This document shows positions 19,164 through 29,630 of a stretch of DNA of 64,000 nt, one piece after another. The position numbers were made by a program, and so were the translations under genes. Location: contig CAXXHB010000003.1 of assembly GCA_963664815.2 (NCBI GenBank), forward strand, positions 864,001-928,000. The letters are read 5' to 3'. How positions within the stretch are numbered: the first letter of the stretch is position 1; every line of letters starts with the position of its first letter. The DNA is from Spirochaetota bacterium (lineage in GTDB: Bacteria > Spirochaetota > UBA4802 > UBA5550). Below the pieces are notes generated by a model that saw only the letters and a list, made by a program, of their open reading frames with translations, was not told the origin of the DNA and did not search any database.

Positions 19164-19526
19164 TTACCGGCCGAAACCCTGGTGCATCTTTCTTGATAAT
19201 CTCTGCTGATACTCCTGTTCCTGCTGGGGAGTCATGGTTTCCCATGCGTCTTTTTTTCTGGTGAACTTCATTCTCTCTTTTTCCAGGTTATGTTCATTAT
19301 GCCAGTTTTTCATTCTTTCAGATGTGAGTTCTGTCATGCAGTCTTTGGCAAGTTCATCGAGTATATCCTTGGCCCTGCGGATTTTATCTCTCATCTGCCT
19401 GCTGAAAGAGGCATGATATGTCGACTCCAGTTCGAGTATGGTTTGTCCTACTTCCATAATCTGCATTGATAACTGGTGTGAGAGTTTCTGTTCGGTTGTC
19501 TGAGTTAAATCCTGCTTTGTTGACAT
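19164..19526 (-). CDS. Hypothetical helical protein
   Basis: 120-aa ORF with GGAG RBS; no recognisable motif. Confidence 0.6.
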   Translation of the reverse strand: MSTKQDLTQTTEQKLSHQLSMQIMEVGQTILELESTYHASFSRQMRDKIRRAKDILDELAKDCMTELTSERMKNWHNEHNLEKERMKFTRKKDAWETMTPQQEQEYQQRLSRKMHQGFGR

Positions 19527-20102
19527 GGTATATTTCTCCAGGTGATTAGTTTTAATACTGCTTCAATATATTCATCTTTGTTTTTATGTTGTTATTTATT
19601 TACCATACTTTAGTTTATTATCTTTTTTCCATCAATTTTATAAAAAAAATACATGTTTTATGTGAATTTTTTATTTTTTTATGAAAGACCTGTTTTATGC
19701 AGATATGCAATTTCCTGCCATGTTCTATTACAACTATTATTTGTACATTCGGAAAATTTAATTTTTAAATTACTGGAATATCTGAGTATTTAACTTAATA
19801 TTATGTTACCATGTTTTTGTATATGGCGGTATGTAAAAGATGAAGAGAGTGCATAATAATTTAAATCTGCCCCGATGACAATACATCGATGATACCATAT
19901 GTGTGACTACGGTGAGTTTATTTCTGCGGGATTGCGCCATGAAGATGTAAAACATCAGTACAAATAATACAGTTTTTTATAAAAAATAAAACTGATTCTG
20001 GAACCGGTTTACAATTGAGATTTTACAGCTGATGTCTGTATCTGTAATAAATCTGGAATGACAGATGAAATACTTCAGAGATACAACACCACACTTTGCT
20101 GT

Positions 20103-20360
20103 TTAAAGAGTGAACGAAAAGGCATCAGATATACATTTTATCGGCCTTATTTTACCCGGATCGTATCCTGTTAAGTTGGTACATCCGACGTGACATCCCA
20201 TGATTACAATAATGATATCAAAATCAGATTTTTTATATGATACGAATTCAGCCCGGTCTTTTAATCTGTTCATTATAATTTTAGCGGCAGAAGCCCTGTC
20301 GTAAAGTTTGTAATTGCAGCCTCCGCAGAATTTAAATCCTATTTTAGCAACAGTTTCCAT
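20103..20360 (-). CDS. Small Cys-motif hypothetical protein
   Basis: GFKFCGGCN ... GCHVGC; ATG 20360 follows GAGG. Confidence 0.7.
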   Translation of the reverse strand: METVAKIGFKFCGGCNYKLYDRASAAKIIMNRLKDRAEFVSYKKSDFDIIIVIMGCHVGCTNLTGYDPGKIRPIKCISDAFSFTL

Positions 20361-20630
20361 TTCCTCACCTGCATTTTTATATTTTCTTTCATACCACGGA
20401 TACCTGTCTGGACTGTTTTTAAACGGAGAAGAGCAGCAGGAAGCCGTAAATTGATTCAACTGACCGGATCTGACTGTAAAATATGCCGTCTAAAAGTCAA
20501 TTACTTCATATTTCGATGACTGACCTGGACTGGTGCTAAATTTTTATTGACTTTCTCTTTTTTTTAGTATGCTGTTCGGGAATAGCTGTTATTGCTGATG
20601 CAGCTGATAAAATATTGAGGGTTATTGCCG

Positions 20631-21353
20631 ATGAAAATTCATTCTGCTATCTGCAGTATTGTCATGATTGCTGTTGTTGCCGGTTGCGGCGGGCAGGTCA
20701 GGTATGATCAATATGCGACAAAAGGCTGGATTGATAACAATACTTACTACATTACTGCTGCCGGTGTTCCCAACTCGAAACTGGTAACAAAAATTGAAAG
20801 AAGGGATTCCGCGAAGCGGGCGTCAATATTAAATGCCCAATACCAGATTTCTGAGGAGTTCAGGGGGGAAACAATTGCCGGGAATAGTGTTGATTTCTCC
20901 CGGGTTGATGCGATTCTTACCGGGTCTGTTATGTCGGCAACCTACGATGAAGAGGATAACTGTGAAATAAATTATCAGATACAATGTACTGGTTTCAGGG
21001 GGGATGTAAAGGCGGGCAGCGGAAAGTGTCTTAAAATGAGAGATTCTACAGTTGTCGCGAATACTCCGATTAATCAGTCAAAGATTGTTTCTTCAGGCGG
21101 ATTTGATACCGCAAATTTAAAAAAAATCGGTGTGGTCGGCGCAGTCAGCCGGAGTAGTAAGGAGATTACTGTCAATTCAGCCTCTGCCGGTAAGGATATA
21201 CATATGGGAGATAAACTCTTCCTGTTAATCGATAATCAGAAGATTGAAATGACTGTTGTATTCCCGATGTTGACAGTGGCAAAATGCCGTATTGATAAGC
21301 AATTTTATGATCAGTTGAATAAAATCAAAAAAGAGATGCCGGTTTATAAATAG
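20631..21353 (+). CDS. Lipoprotein, LPP20/LipL21-like N-terminal domain
   Basis: Lipobox VVAGC; GWIDNNTYYITAAG...RRDSAKRASILNAQ. Confidence 0.6.
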   Translation: MKIHSAICSIVMIAVVAGCGGQVRYDQYATKGWIDNNTYYITAAGVPNSKLVTKIERRDSAKRASILNAQYQISEEFRGETIAGNSVDFSRVDAILTGSVMSATYDEEDNCEINYQIQCTGFRGDVKAGSGKCLKMRDSTVVANTPINQSKIVSSGGFDTANLKKIGVVGAVSRSSKEITVNSASAGKDIHMGDKLFLLIDNQKIEMTVVFPMLTVAKCRIDKQFYDQLNKIKKEMPVYK

Positions 21354-21462
21354 TTATCAGATACCTTAACGGCTGGAAAGATTTTTAACGGGATGCTGAA
21401 GCTCCGGTGAAAACAGCCGGAGTATGGTTATGTAAATACTTTTCTGATAACTCTTAAAAATC

Positions 21463-23361
21463 CTACATCTCTACTCTGGTAATAATTCCGTGAAGCTTTG
21501 TTACCGGAAGCCTGTAGAACTGAACAAAGTGAGGCGTCAGTTTTTTTATCAGTGAATAAATTTTCCAGAAAACATTTCCTGTGGTAATCTCTTCGGTGCC
21601 ATAAAAAATTACCTTCGGTTTAATCCCGGCTTTGGCAATCTCGCTTGTAATATCAACCTCCTCTTTGTAGCCGGCGCGTATTTCGAATGCATGAAGTCCC
21701 GGGCCGAGGTCGTGAATAAAGCGGGTCTGTATTCCCACGGGGTCATCGGTAATGTTTACTATTATAAAAATATTATTTTCGTATATTATATTTGCGCTTA
21801 CTATGCAGTGAGTGATATATGGGGATATTACATTATAGTTTCCTACGAAGAAGAGGCATGTCCCCGGGATTATTCTGCTTTTATTATAAATCTGTTCATA
21901 GCTGACAATGAATGTCTCAAAATCTGTAGGCATAAGCTGTTTATAGATTCTTTCATTGCCTTTCTGCCAGATTATCATGACTGTAAAGGGTATAGACGCA
22001 AGCAGTATTGACCAGTATCCCCCATGAGAGAACTTGCTGAAGTTTGCCATGAGAAAGGTGAGGTTTATAAAAAGGATAACCGATGCAGCAACCCAGCTTA
22101 TTGTCTCCTTTCTGATGCGGTAAATCATTATCATCATGGTGGCTGTAATGCACATTGTTCCGGTTACGGCAAGGCCGTAGGCTGCGGCGAGTTTTTCAGA
22201 TTTCTGAAACAGCAGCATTATAAATATTACGGCTGCCATGAGGGCCCAGTTTATACCCCCTATATAAATCTGCGATTTAAGTTTAGTCGATGTAAAATCA
22301 ACTTTCACACGCGGGAATATGCGTGTCGTTACCCCCTGGTAAATGACCGAGAATACTCCGCTGATCAGCGCCTGGGATGCAATAATAGTGGCCAGTATAG
22401 CCGTTACAAGAAAGGGGATGTATACAAATGATGATTCGTTCTGCACCATTGAAAACAGAACATTTTTAACCGGTCCGTGTGACAGTATAAATGCCCCCTG
22501 CCCGAGGTAAGTCAGAACAAGGGCGAAAAAGATTATCCGCCAGGCCCTGATAATAGGTTTTTTTCCGAGGTGCCCCATGTCGGCGTACAGAGCCTCGGCC
22601 CCTGTGGCGCAGAGTATCACCTCCGACAGAATAAGGAACCCGGCGAAACCGTTATTTTTAAAAAATGAAATAAAGTAAAGAGGGTTCACCGCCCTGAAAA
22701 CCTGCGGATAGCCGCAGATAGAAGCCGCTCCGCTGAATGCCAGTGCCAGGAACCATATTACCATAACGGGGCCGAAAATGGAGGATACCTTATCTGTTCC
22801 CCTGGGCTGAAAGAAGAATAGCCCTATTGTTATAACAACTGATATTATAATAATATTAGACTGGTGTATATTGGTAAAAGCAGGTATAAGCGCAAGGCCC
22901 TCAACGGCCGAGAGAATACTGATCGCAGGAGTTATTACTCCATCTCCAAGCAGCAGGGAAACACCGGCATAGGCGAGAATGGTCACAATTGCGGCCTTTC
23001 TCCCTTTCTTCATGTTTTTTTCGAGTATCTTCTTCAGTATTATGGTGCCGCCTTCCCCATGATCTTCAAGACGCATGGCGAGCCAGGCATACTCAACGCT
23101 GACAAGTATAATAAGAGTCCAGATTATCAGTGAGATAATACCGAGTATATTTGCTTCAGTCGGTTTAATGAAAAGTATTACCACGGAGAGCGTGTATATG
23201 GGGCTTGTTCCGATATCGCCGAATACAAGACCCATTGCCTTGACTATCTCTTTCCAGTCATCTCCGGTATAGATTATTTTCTTACTTTGCAGGTGAGGGG
23301 TCTTTTCTTTCCACGTAAACAAACGCTTCACCCTGATAAAGAATGAAACCTTTTCTGCCAT
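21463..23361 (-). CDS. kup: KUP/HAK/KT potassium transporter
   Basis: GLVFGDIGTSPIY, GEGGT, GDGVITPAISILSAVEG, TGAEALYADMGH. Confidence 0.97.
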   Translation of the reverse strand: MAEKVSFFIRVKRLFTWKEKTPHLQSKKIIYTGDDWKEIVKAMGLVFGDIGTSPIYTLSVVILFIKPTEANILGIISLIIWTLIILVSVEYAWLAMRLEDHGEGGTIILKKILEKNMKKGRKAAIVTILAYAGVSLLLGDGVITPAISILSAVEGLALIPAFTNIHQSNIIIISVVITIGLFFFQPRGTDKVSSIFGPVMVIWFLALAFSGAASICGYPQVFRAVNPLYFISFFKNNGFAGFLILSEVILCATGAEALYADMGHLGKKPIIRAWRIIFFALVLTYLGQGAFILSHGPVKNVLFSMVQNESSFVYIPFLVTAILATIIASQALISGVFSVIYQGVTTRIFPRVKVDFTSTKLKSQIYIGGINWALMAAVIFIMLLFQKSEKLAAAYGLAVTGTMCITATMMIMIYRIRKETISWVAASVILFINLTFLMANFSKFSHGGYWSILLASIPFTVMIIWQKGNERIYKQLMPTDFETFIVSYEQIYNKSRIIPGTCLFFVGNYNVISPYITHCIVSANIIYENNIFIIVNITDDPVGIQTRFIHDLGPGLHAFEIRAGYKEEVDITSEIAKAGIKPKVIFYGTEEITTGNVFWKIYSLIKKLTPHFVQFYRLPVTKLHGIITRVEM

Positions 23362-23428
23362 TTTTCAATCCCCCTGAAGAGAGCAGGGAAACAGAAAAAC
23401 CGCACAGGGGGTTTTCTTTTTCACTTTT

Positions 23429-23552
23429 GCCCTTCCATATGCCTGCGAGGTTAGCTGACGGGCTCGGGTATGGAAGTACCCTATTCTCTGAAGAAATACG
23501 CCCCGAAAAAACGGTTCCCCCGCATCCATACTTTGTATGAATCTCGGCGATA
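23429..23552 (-). ncRNA. c-di-AMP (ydaO/yuaA) riboswitch
   Basis: Minus strand reads CGCCGAGAUUC...GCGGGGGAACCG-U6-CGGGGCG...UAGGGUACUUCC..CCCGAGCCCGUCAGCUAACCUCGCAGGC, matching the ydaO consensus; located in the kup leader. Confidence 0.9.
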
Positions 23553-23803
23553 ATTTAATAAAGGGAATATATTTTTTAAACCGGTTATGAGTCAAGCTTT
23601 TTGAGATAAAAAGTAGTACAACAAAATGTAATGACGATTAAATATATGTAAAAAATGTATTATTTTCAATAAAATGCTCAAATTATTAAAAAAAAATATC
23701 ACTAAACCTCTGGTACTTTTTTTTTTATTTACATATAATTGAAAAAGTTCTTAAATTATTGAACTGGAAAGTCAGTACAATATATATCAAAAAGGAATAC
23801 TGG

Positions 23804-25216
23804 ATGAAGAGAATGTCGACCGCAATAGTGTGGTTTATTTTTATGATGAGTATCCACAATGCCGGTTATGGAGAATATATATTCAGGAAGGATGGGGCAA
23901 TAATAAAGGGTTCAATAGTGAGGGATGATGTTGCCACCATTTCAGTAAGGAGAGAAGACAAGGCTGTAATTAACATCAACCGGAATGATGTATTGAGGAT
24001 AATCTATACAGATATATACCTGGGGAAGGTATTCGTCAGGCTTACAAGCGGAGAGATTTTTGAAGGGTTCCAGATTGATGAAGACAGGGATAACTATTAT
24101 TTCAGGAGGGATATCTCAAAACCTGAAGAAATTGTGCTTCCGAGGCAGAAGGTCATGTTTATCTCAAGAACCAACCCCACCGATGTCAAGGGCGCACCTT
24201 CAACAGTAAGTATTGAAGTATCGTGGAGCCCCCCGTTTAAACCGGCCAAAAAGTACAAGGTATATGTTCGCGATGTAATGGGTAAACAGGAAAAGTTCAG
24301 GATGGAGGGTGAAACGGGTGATGTAAGCTACAGTTTAAATAACCTTCAGAAAAGCTGGACTTACGAGATCTACGCCACAGCAATTGCCTCTACCGGGGAG
24401 GAGTCGCTGCCGAGCGAGAAGATTACAGTTAATACCCTTCCCGATCCACCCGAAAAATTAACCATAACAGATATCCCTGCGCCAGGCGGGAAGACGGCGA
24501 CTCTGATCTTTAACTGGGTTACTGTAAGCGACCCGTCGAGCAGGGTGAAATCATATGCAATATACGAGACAGTCGGCGGCAGGAGGGTTAAAAAGGGGAC
24601 ATCCCTTAATGGTGAATTTGTAATAAAGGACTTCCCTGCCGAGGGGAGACACAGGTTCTCAGTTGTATCTGTAAATGATATCAATACGGAATCGGATGAA
24701 GCCAGGGGGATCTATGATGCCGGGTATAAGATATATTTAAGAGGAATGTTCTCATATATCAAACCTCTGGGCGTCATGGGAGAGATGGCCACATCGGGTT
24801 ACGGCATGGTTTTTGATGCGGGGCTTTCAGCGAAGAGGTTTTCTCTTGGTGTTGAGATCGGGTATAGCCTGTTTAATTATACCGAGGATATCAGCAGCAT
24901 GACGATGATACCTCTTCTGCTGGAGTTTGACTGCCGGATACCTCTTACTCTCAGTTTTTCCCTGAGACCGGTTATAAAAGCCGGGTGGAGTTCAGATACG
25001 ATAGAATATGTGGTTCATGATGTCACAGATCCGCTTATTACAGCGACCAGCAGTAAGTCAAATTTTGATCCCATGGCTGCTGCCGGGGCATATATTCAGT
25101 ATGAGATAATAGACCGAGTGGATGTCTTTACCGGAGCGGAGTACTCAATGATCTTCCAGGAGAAGGGGAGAATGAATTTTATAAGCATCTCTTTCGGGGG
25201 AAGCTATACGTTTTAA
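23804..25216 (+). CDS. Exported protein with two FN3 domains and a C-terminal outer-membrane beta-barrel
   Basis: Signal peptide; EYIFRKDGAIIKG N-domain; FN3 motifs (VSWSPP, TYEIYATAI...GEESLPS); terminal strands ending GGSYTF. Confidence 0.75.
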   Translation: MKRMSTAIVWFIFMMSIHNAGYGEYIFRKDGAIIKGSIVRDDVATISVRREDKAVININRNDVLRIIYTDIYLGKVFVRLTSGEIFEGFQIDEDRDNYYFRRDISKPEEIVLPRQKVMFISRTNPTDVKGAPSTVSIEVSWSPPFKPAKKYKVYVRDVMGKQEKFRMEGETGDVSYSLNNLQKSWTYEIYATAIASTGEESLPSEKITVNTLPDPPEKLTITDIPAPGGKTATLIFNWVTVSDPSSRVKSYAIYETVGGRRVKKGTSLNGEFVIKDFPAEGRHRFSVVSVNDINTESDEARGIYDAGYKIYLRGMFSYIKPLGVMGEMATSGYGMVFDAGLSAKRFSLGVEIGYSLFNYTEDISSMTMIPLLLEFDCRIPLTLSFSLRPVIKAGWSSDTIEYVVHDVTDPLITATSSKSNFDPMAAAGAYIQYEIIDRVDVFTGAEYSMIFQEKGRMNFISISFGGSYTF

Positions 25217-25322
25217 AGTAACAGTCTCCAGTTGGGGTTCGAAATGACAGTATATATTTTAAAATTTAAATGGATGATTGTATAAAAGTCAATAAACTGT
25301 GAATGGTGTGAAACTATCACTT

Positions 25323-27950
25323 ATGAGAGTAATAAATAAAATTATTTATATGGTTATGCTGCTTGCGGTATTCGGCTGCGGTAACTCCTTTTACGAGGCG
25401 CAGGATTACCTGACCGGCCCTGTAAGCGGCGTGGGACTTAAGAAGAGCACGACTATAGCGAGCGGCGGAACGGAGCAGCTTTCTGCGGTGGTTGTCCCCT
25501 CAAAGACATCGAATAAGGGTGTAACATGGACAAGCAGCGATAACTCGATAGTATCGGTGGATGCAAACGGCCTTGTTTCTGCGGTTGTTGTTGTGGCGCA
25601 TGGCTATACAAAGCAGGCAGTGATAACAGTAACTACGTCTGAGGGGGGTTACAGCACGCAGTGCACTGTAACGGTGGTCGAGAAGCCTGTTGCAGTAACA
25701 GGGGTTACGCTTAACAGGAGTTCGGCATACCTCTATTACCAGTCAGGGAGTATCTATTCAACGGATCAGCTTGCGGCAACAATTACACCATCTGCGGCTA
25801 CAAACCAGGCAATAACATGGTCCAGCGATGATCCCACAATAGCTTCGGTAAACAACGGCCTTGTGACTCCGAACAGAACCGGATCAACTGTAATAAGAGT
25901 GACAACAGCCGACGGAGGTTACAGCGCGTCGTGTACATATACGGTAACAGCTTCGCCGGTACTGGTGACCGGGATAAGCCTGAATAAATCAGCATTAACT
26001 CTGGCTGCGGGGTATTCCGAGACGCTGTTTGCAAGTATAGTCCCCACGACTGCGACAAACCAGACACTGACATGGACAAGCAGTACATCTGCAGCGACAG
26101 TGGATGCCCTCGGTAGTGTTACAGGAGTGTCGGCGGGAACATCTGTGATCAGGGCGACGGTGACTGAAAATATTGCATTATATGCCGAGGCGACAGTGAC
26201 GGTGGTATCCACGCCTGTTTCTGTGACGGGTGTAACAGTATCCCCGAAGACAGCCACGGTTGCGGTTGGCAGCCAGCAGACGCTTGCTGCGACGATAACG
26301 CCGTCAGGTGCAACAAACCAGAACCTTGAGTGGAACAGCAACAACAGCGGAATAGTATCTGTGAGCAGCAGCGGCATAATAACGGGAATAGCCGCGGGGA
26401 ACGCGAAGGTTACGGTAACAACGATCGACGGGAGTTACACAGCGACAAGCTATATTACAGTGTCATCGGAGCCTACATATGCGGTAACCTACTACCCGAA
26501 CAATCCTGCAACGGGTACAACAAGCGGATCGGTACCTGCGGATACAAACGGCTACATATCGGGGTCGACCGTGACGGTGAGGAACAACGGAACGATTGCG
26601 AATACATTGAATACGTTTACGGGTTGGAATACCCAGGCAGGGGGCGGAGGAACACCGTATTCCCCCGGCTCGACATTTACGATGGGGAGCGCGGATGTTT
26701 CGCTTTACGCCCAGTGGTCAACAGCTGCAACATATACGGTTACATACGACGGGAATTTCAATACAGGGGGCAGCGTACCGGCTGATTCAAGCTATACATC
26801 CGGCACAACGGTGACAGTGGCATCCAATTCCGGTTCGCTTGTAAGAAGTGGTTTTGTATTCGGCGGGTGGTATATAAGTTCCGGAACCATTCTCACCGCC
26901 GGGAGCGGAACATTCACCATGCCGGCTCATAACACTACACTGTATGCATACTGGATACCGGTATATACGGTGACATATATAGCCAACGGCAGTACTTCGG
27001 GAACAGTTCCCGTTGACAGTACTTCATATACTTCAGCTTCAACTGTTACTGTAAAAACCAATACAGGAACTCTGGCAAAGACAGGATACAGCCTTGCAGG
27101 TTGGTATACCGGTTCCGGTACATATTACTATCCTGGACAGACATTTACCATGGGGAGTTCAAATATTATTTTATATGCAAACTGGGGTGTAAAAACTGTC
27201 TATATTACATCAACTGATGTAACACTGACCAATAATTGTCTTGTTATAGTAAAAGCCTGGGGAGCAGGTGGACAGGGGTCAAGCAGTAACGGTTATGGAG
27301 GGAGCGGAGGATACTCCTATTCGGTATTTACAGCTTCTGCAAATGATGTACTGTATATAGTTGTCGGAGTAGGTGGGGGGAATACCCGTGATACAACAAT
27401 GCCGGCCCTTGGCGGGATAAATGGCCATGCAGGCGGAGGCGGGTCACTGGCTGCAATACTAAGCGGAGGTGTATATACGCTTAAATGCTGTGCCGGAGGA
27501 GGCGGCGGCGGAGGTGCCGGCGCTTATGTCGGCGGTAGCGGCGGAGGAGCATCAGGACAGGCGGGTATTTACAGTCCGACAGGAGGAAGTGGCGGCACAG
27601 GCGGCAGCGGAACTATCAGCAGCGGAAGTAATATGTTGTTAACATCTGCAACGCTTCTGGGACTCGGAGGAAATGGAGGTAATGCCGGCGGATTAAATGG
27701 GGGAGCAGGCGGTGGAGGATTCGGCGGCGGAGGGACTAATGGATATAGCACATTAAATCACGGCGGAAGCGGCGGAGGAGGATACGCTGTCGGGGATGCG
27801 GGTGTTACTATTACCGGGAATACTACCGGTTCTTCAACTACGCCGGGGAACAGTACGGATTCTGATATTCCTGACGGGTTTGCACAGGGTGGGTTTAATG
27901 CATCCGCCGGAGAGAATGGTTACGTTGTTGTATATATTATAAATCAGTAG
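25323..27950 (+). CDS. Surface lipoprotein: 4 Ig-like (Big_2) domains, 3 Listeria-Bacteroides repeats, glycine-rich C-terminal domain
   Basis: Lipobox VFGC; VTGVTL..ATNQ.xTWxS repeats; YTVTYDGN...FxGW...LYAxW repeats; KAWGAGGQG...GGGGGG tip. Confidence 0.9.
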   Translation: MRVINKIIYMVMLLAVFGCGNSFYEAQDYLTGPVSGVGLKKSTTIASGGTEQLSAVVVPSKTSNKGVTWTSSDNSIVSVDANGLVSAVVVVAHGYTKQAVITVTTSEGGYSTQCTVTVVEKPVAVTGVTLNRSSAYLYYQSGSIYSTDQLAATITPSAATNQAITWSSDDPTIASVNNGLVTPNRTGSTVIRVTTADGGYSASCTYTVTASPVLVTGISLNKSALTLAAGYSETLFASIVPTTATNQTLTWTSSTSAATVDALGSVTGVSAGTSVIRATVTENIALYAEATVTVVSTPVSVTGVTVSPKTATVAVGSQQTLAATITPSGATNQNLEWNSNNSGIVSVSSSGIITGIAAGNAKVTVTTIDGSYTATSYITVSSEPTYAVTYYPNNPATGTTSGSVPADTNGYISGSTVTVRNNGTIANTLNTFTGWNTQAGGGGTPYSPGSTFTMGSADVSLYAQWSTAATYTVTYDGNFNTGGSVPADSSYTSGTTVTVASNSGSLVRSGFVFGGWYISSGTILTAGSGTFTMPAHNTTLYAYWIPVYTVTYIANGSTSGTVPVDSTSYTSASTVTVKTNTGTLAKTGYSLAGWYTGSGTYYYPGQTFTMGSSNIILYANWGVKTVYITSTDVTLTNNCLVIVKAWGAGGQGSSSNGYGGSGGYSYSVFTASANDVLYIVVGVGGGNTRDTTMPALGGINGHAGGGGSLAAILSGGVYTLKCCAGGGGGGGAGAYVGGSGGGASGQAGIYSPTGGSGGTGGSGTISSGSNMLLTSATLLGLGGNGGNAGGLNGGAGGGGFGGGGTNGYSTLNHGGSGGGGYAVGDAGVTITGNTTGSSTTPGNSTDSDIPDGFAQGGFNASAGENGYVVVYIINQ

Positions 27951-29630
27951 ATGAGATATTATAAGTATTAATTTATGAATAAACTGAAAAAAACAGTACT
28001 GATGGTTATGCTGCTTGCAGTATTCGGCTGCGGCAACTCCTTTTACGAGGCGCAGGATTACCTGACCGGCCCTGTAAGCGGCGTGGGACTTAAGAAGAGC
28101 ACGACTATAGCGAGCGGCGGTACTGAGCAGCTTTCTGCGGTGGTTGTCCCCTCAAAGACATCGAATAAGGGTGTAACATGGACAAGCAGCGACAGCTCGA
28201 TAGTATCGGTGGATGCAAACGGCCTTGTTTCTGCGGTTGTTGTTGTGGCACATGGGCAGACAAAACAGGCAGTGATAACAGTAACTACGTCTGAGGGGGG
28301 TTACAGCACGCAGTGCACTGTAACGGTGGTTGAGAAGCCTGTTGCAGTAACAGGGGTTACGCTTAACAGGAGTTCGGCATACCTCTATTACCAGTCAGGG
28401 AGTATCTATTCAACGGATCAGCTTGCGGCAACAATTACACCATCTGCGGCTACAAACCAGGCAATAACATGGTCCAGCGATGATCCCACAATAGCTTCGG
28501 TAAATAACGGCCTTGTGACTCCGAACAGAACCGGATCAACTGTAATAAGGGTGACAACAGCCGACGGCGGCTACAGCGCGTCGTGTACATATACGGTAAC
28601 AGCTTCACCGGTACTGGTGACCGGAATAAGCCTCAATAAATCAGCATTAACTCTGGCTGCGGGGTATTCCGAGACGCTGTTTGCAAGTATAGTCCCCACG
28701 ACTGCGACAAACCAGACACTGACATGGACAAGCAGTACATCTGCAGCGACAGTGGATGCCCTCGGGAATGTTACAGGAGTGTCAGCGGGTAGTTCAACTA
28801 TAAGGGCGACTACAACTGACGGTTCTGCCAAATATGCCGAGGCGACAGTGACGGTGGTATCCACGCCTGTTTCTGTGACGGGTGTAACAGTATCTCCGAA
28901 GACAGCCACGGTGGCGATGGGGAGCCAGCAGACGTTGACTGCGACGATAACGCCGTCAGGTGCAACAAACCAGAACCTTGAGTGGAACAGCAACAACAGC
29001 GGAATAGTATCTGTGAGCAGCAGCGGCATAATAACGGGAATAGCCGCGGGGAACGCGAAGGTTACGGTAACCACGATCGACGGGAGTTACACAGCGACAA
29101 GCTATATTACAGTGTCATCGGAGCCTGCATATGCGGTAACCTACTACCCGAACAATCCTGCAACCGGTACAACAAGCGGATCGGTACCTGCGGATGCAAA
29201 CGGCTACATGTCGGGGGCGACCGTGACGGTGAGGAACAACGGAACGATTGTGAATACATTGAATACGTTTACGGGTTGGAATACCCAGGCAGGGGGGGGA
29301 GGAACAACGTATTCCCCCGGCTCGACATTTACGATGGGGAGCGCGGATGTTTCGCTTTACGCCCAGTGGACAACAGCTGCAACATATACGGTGACATACG
29401 ACGGTAATTTCAATACAGGGGGGAGTGTTCCGGCCGATGGGAACACATATACATCCGGGACAGCAGTGACTGTACTTGGCAATGTAAACAGTCTGGTGAG
29501 AACCGGTTTTGTTTTCGGCGGTTGGTATATGAGTTCCGGAACCATTCTCACCGCCGGGAGCGGAACATTCACCATGCCGGCATATAACGTGACACTGATG
29601 GCATACTGGATACCTGTTCATACCGTGACC
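25350..29630 (+). repeat. Large direct repeat: 25350-~26975 and 28002-~29630
   Basis: Constant offset 2652 (2655 after a codon indel); long identical nucleotide runs with short divergent patches. Confidence 0.9.

Noticed and set aside
19820-19950. Small zinc-finger gene (CKR...FCGDC fragments)
   Set aside because: Interrupted by stops and frameshifts; cannot be separated from chance
26330-29407. Duplicated alternative-frame ORFs (26330-26785, 28982-29407) and their antisense ORFs
   Set aside because: Shadows of the duplicated Thr/Val/Ser-rich lipoprotein coding sequence
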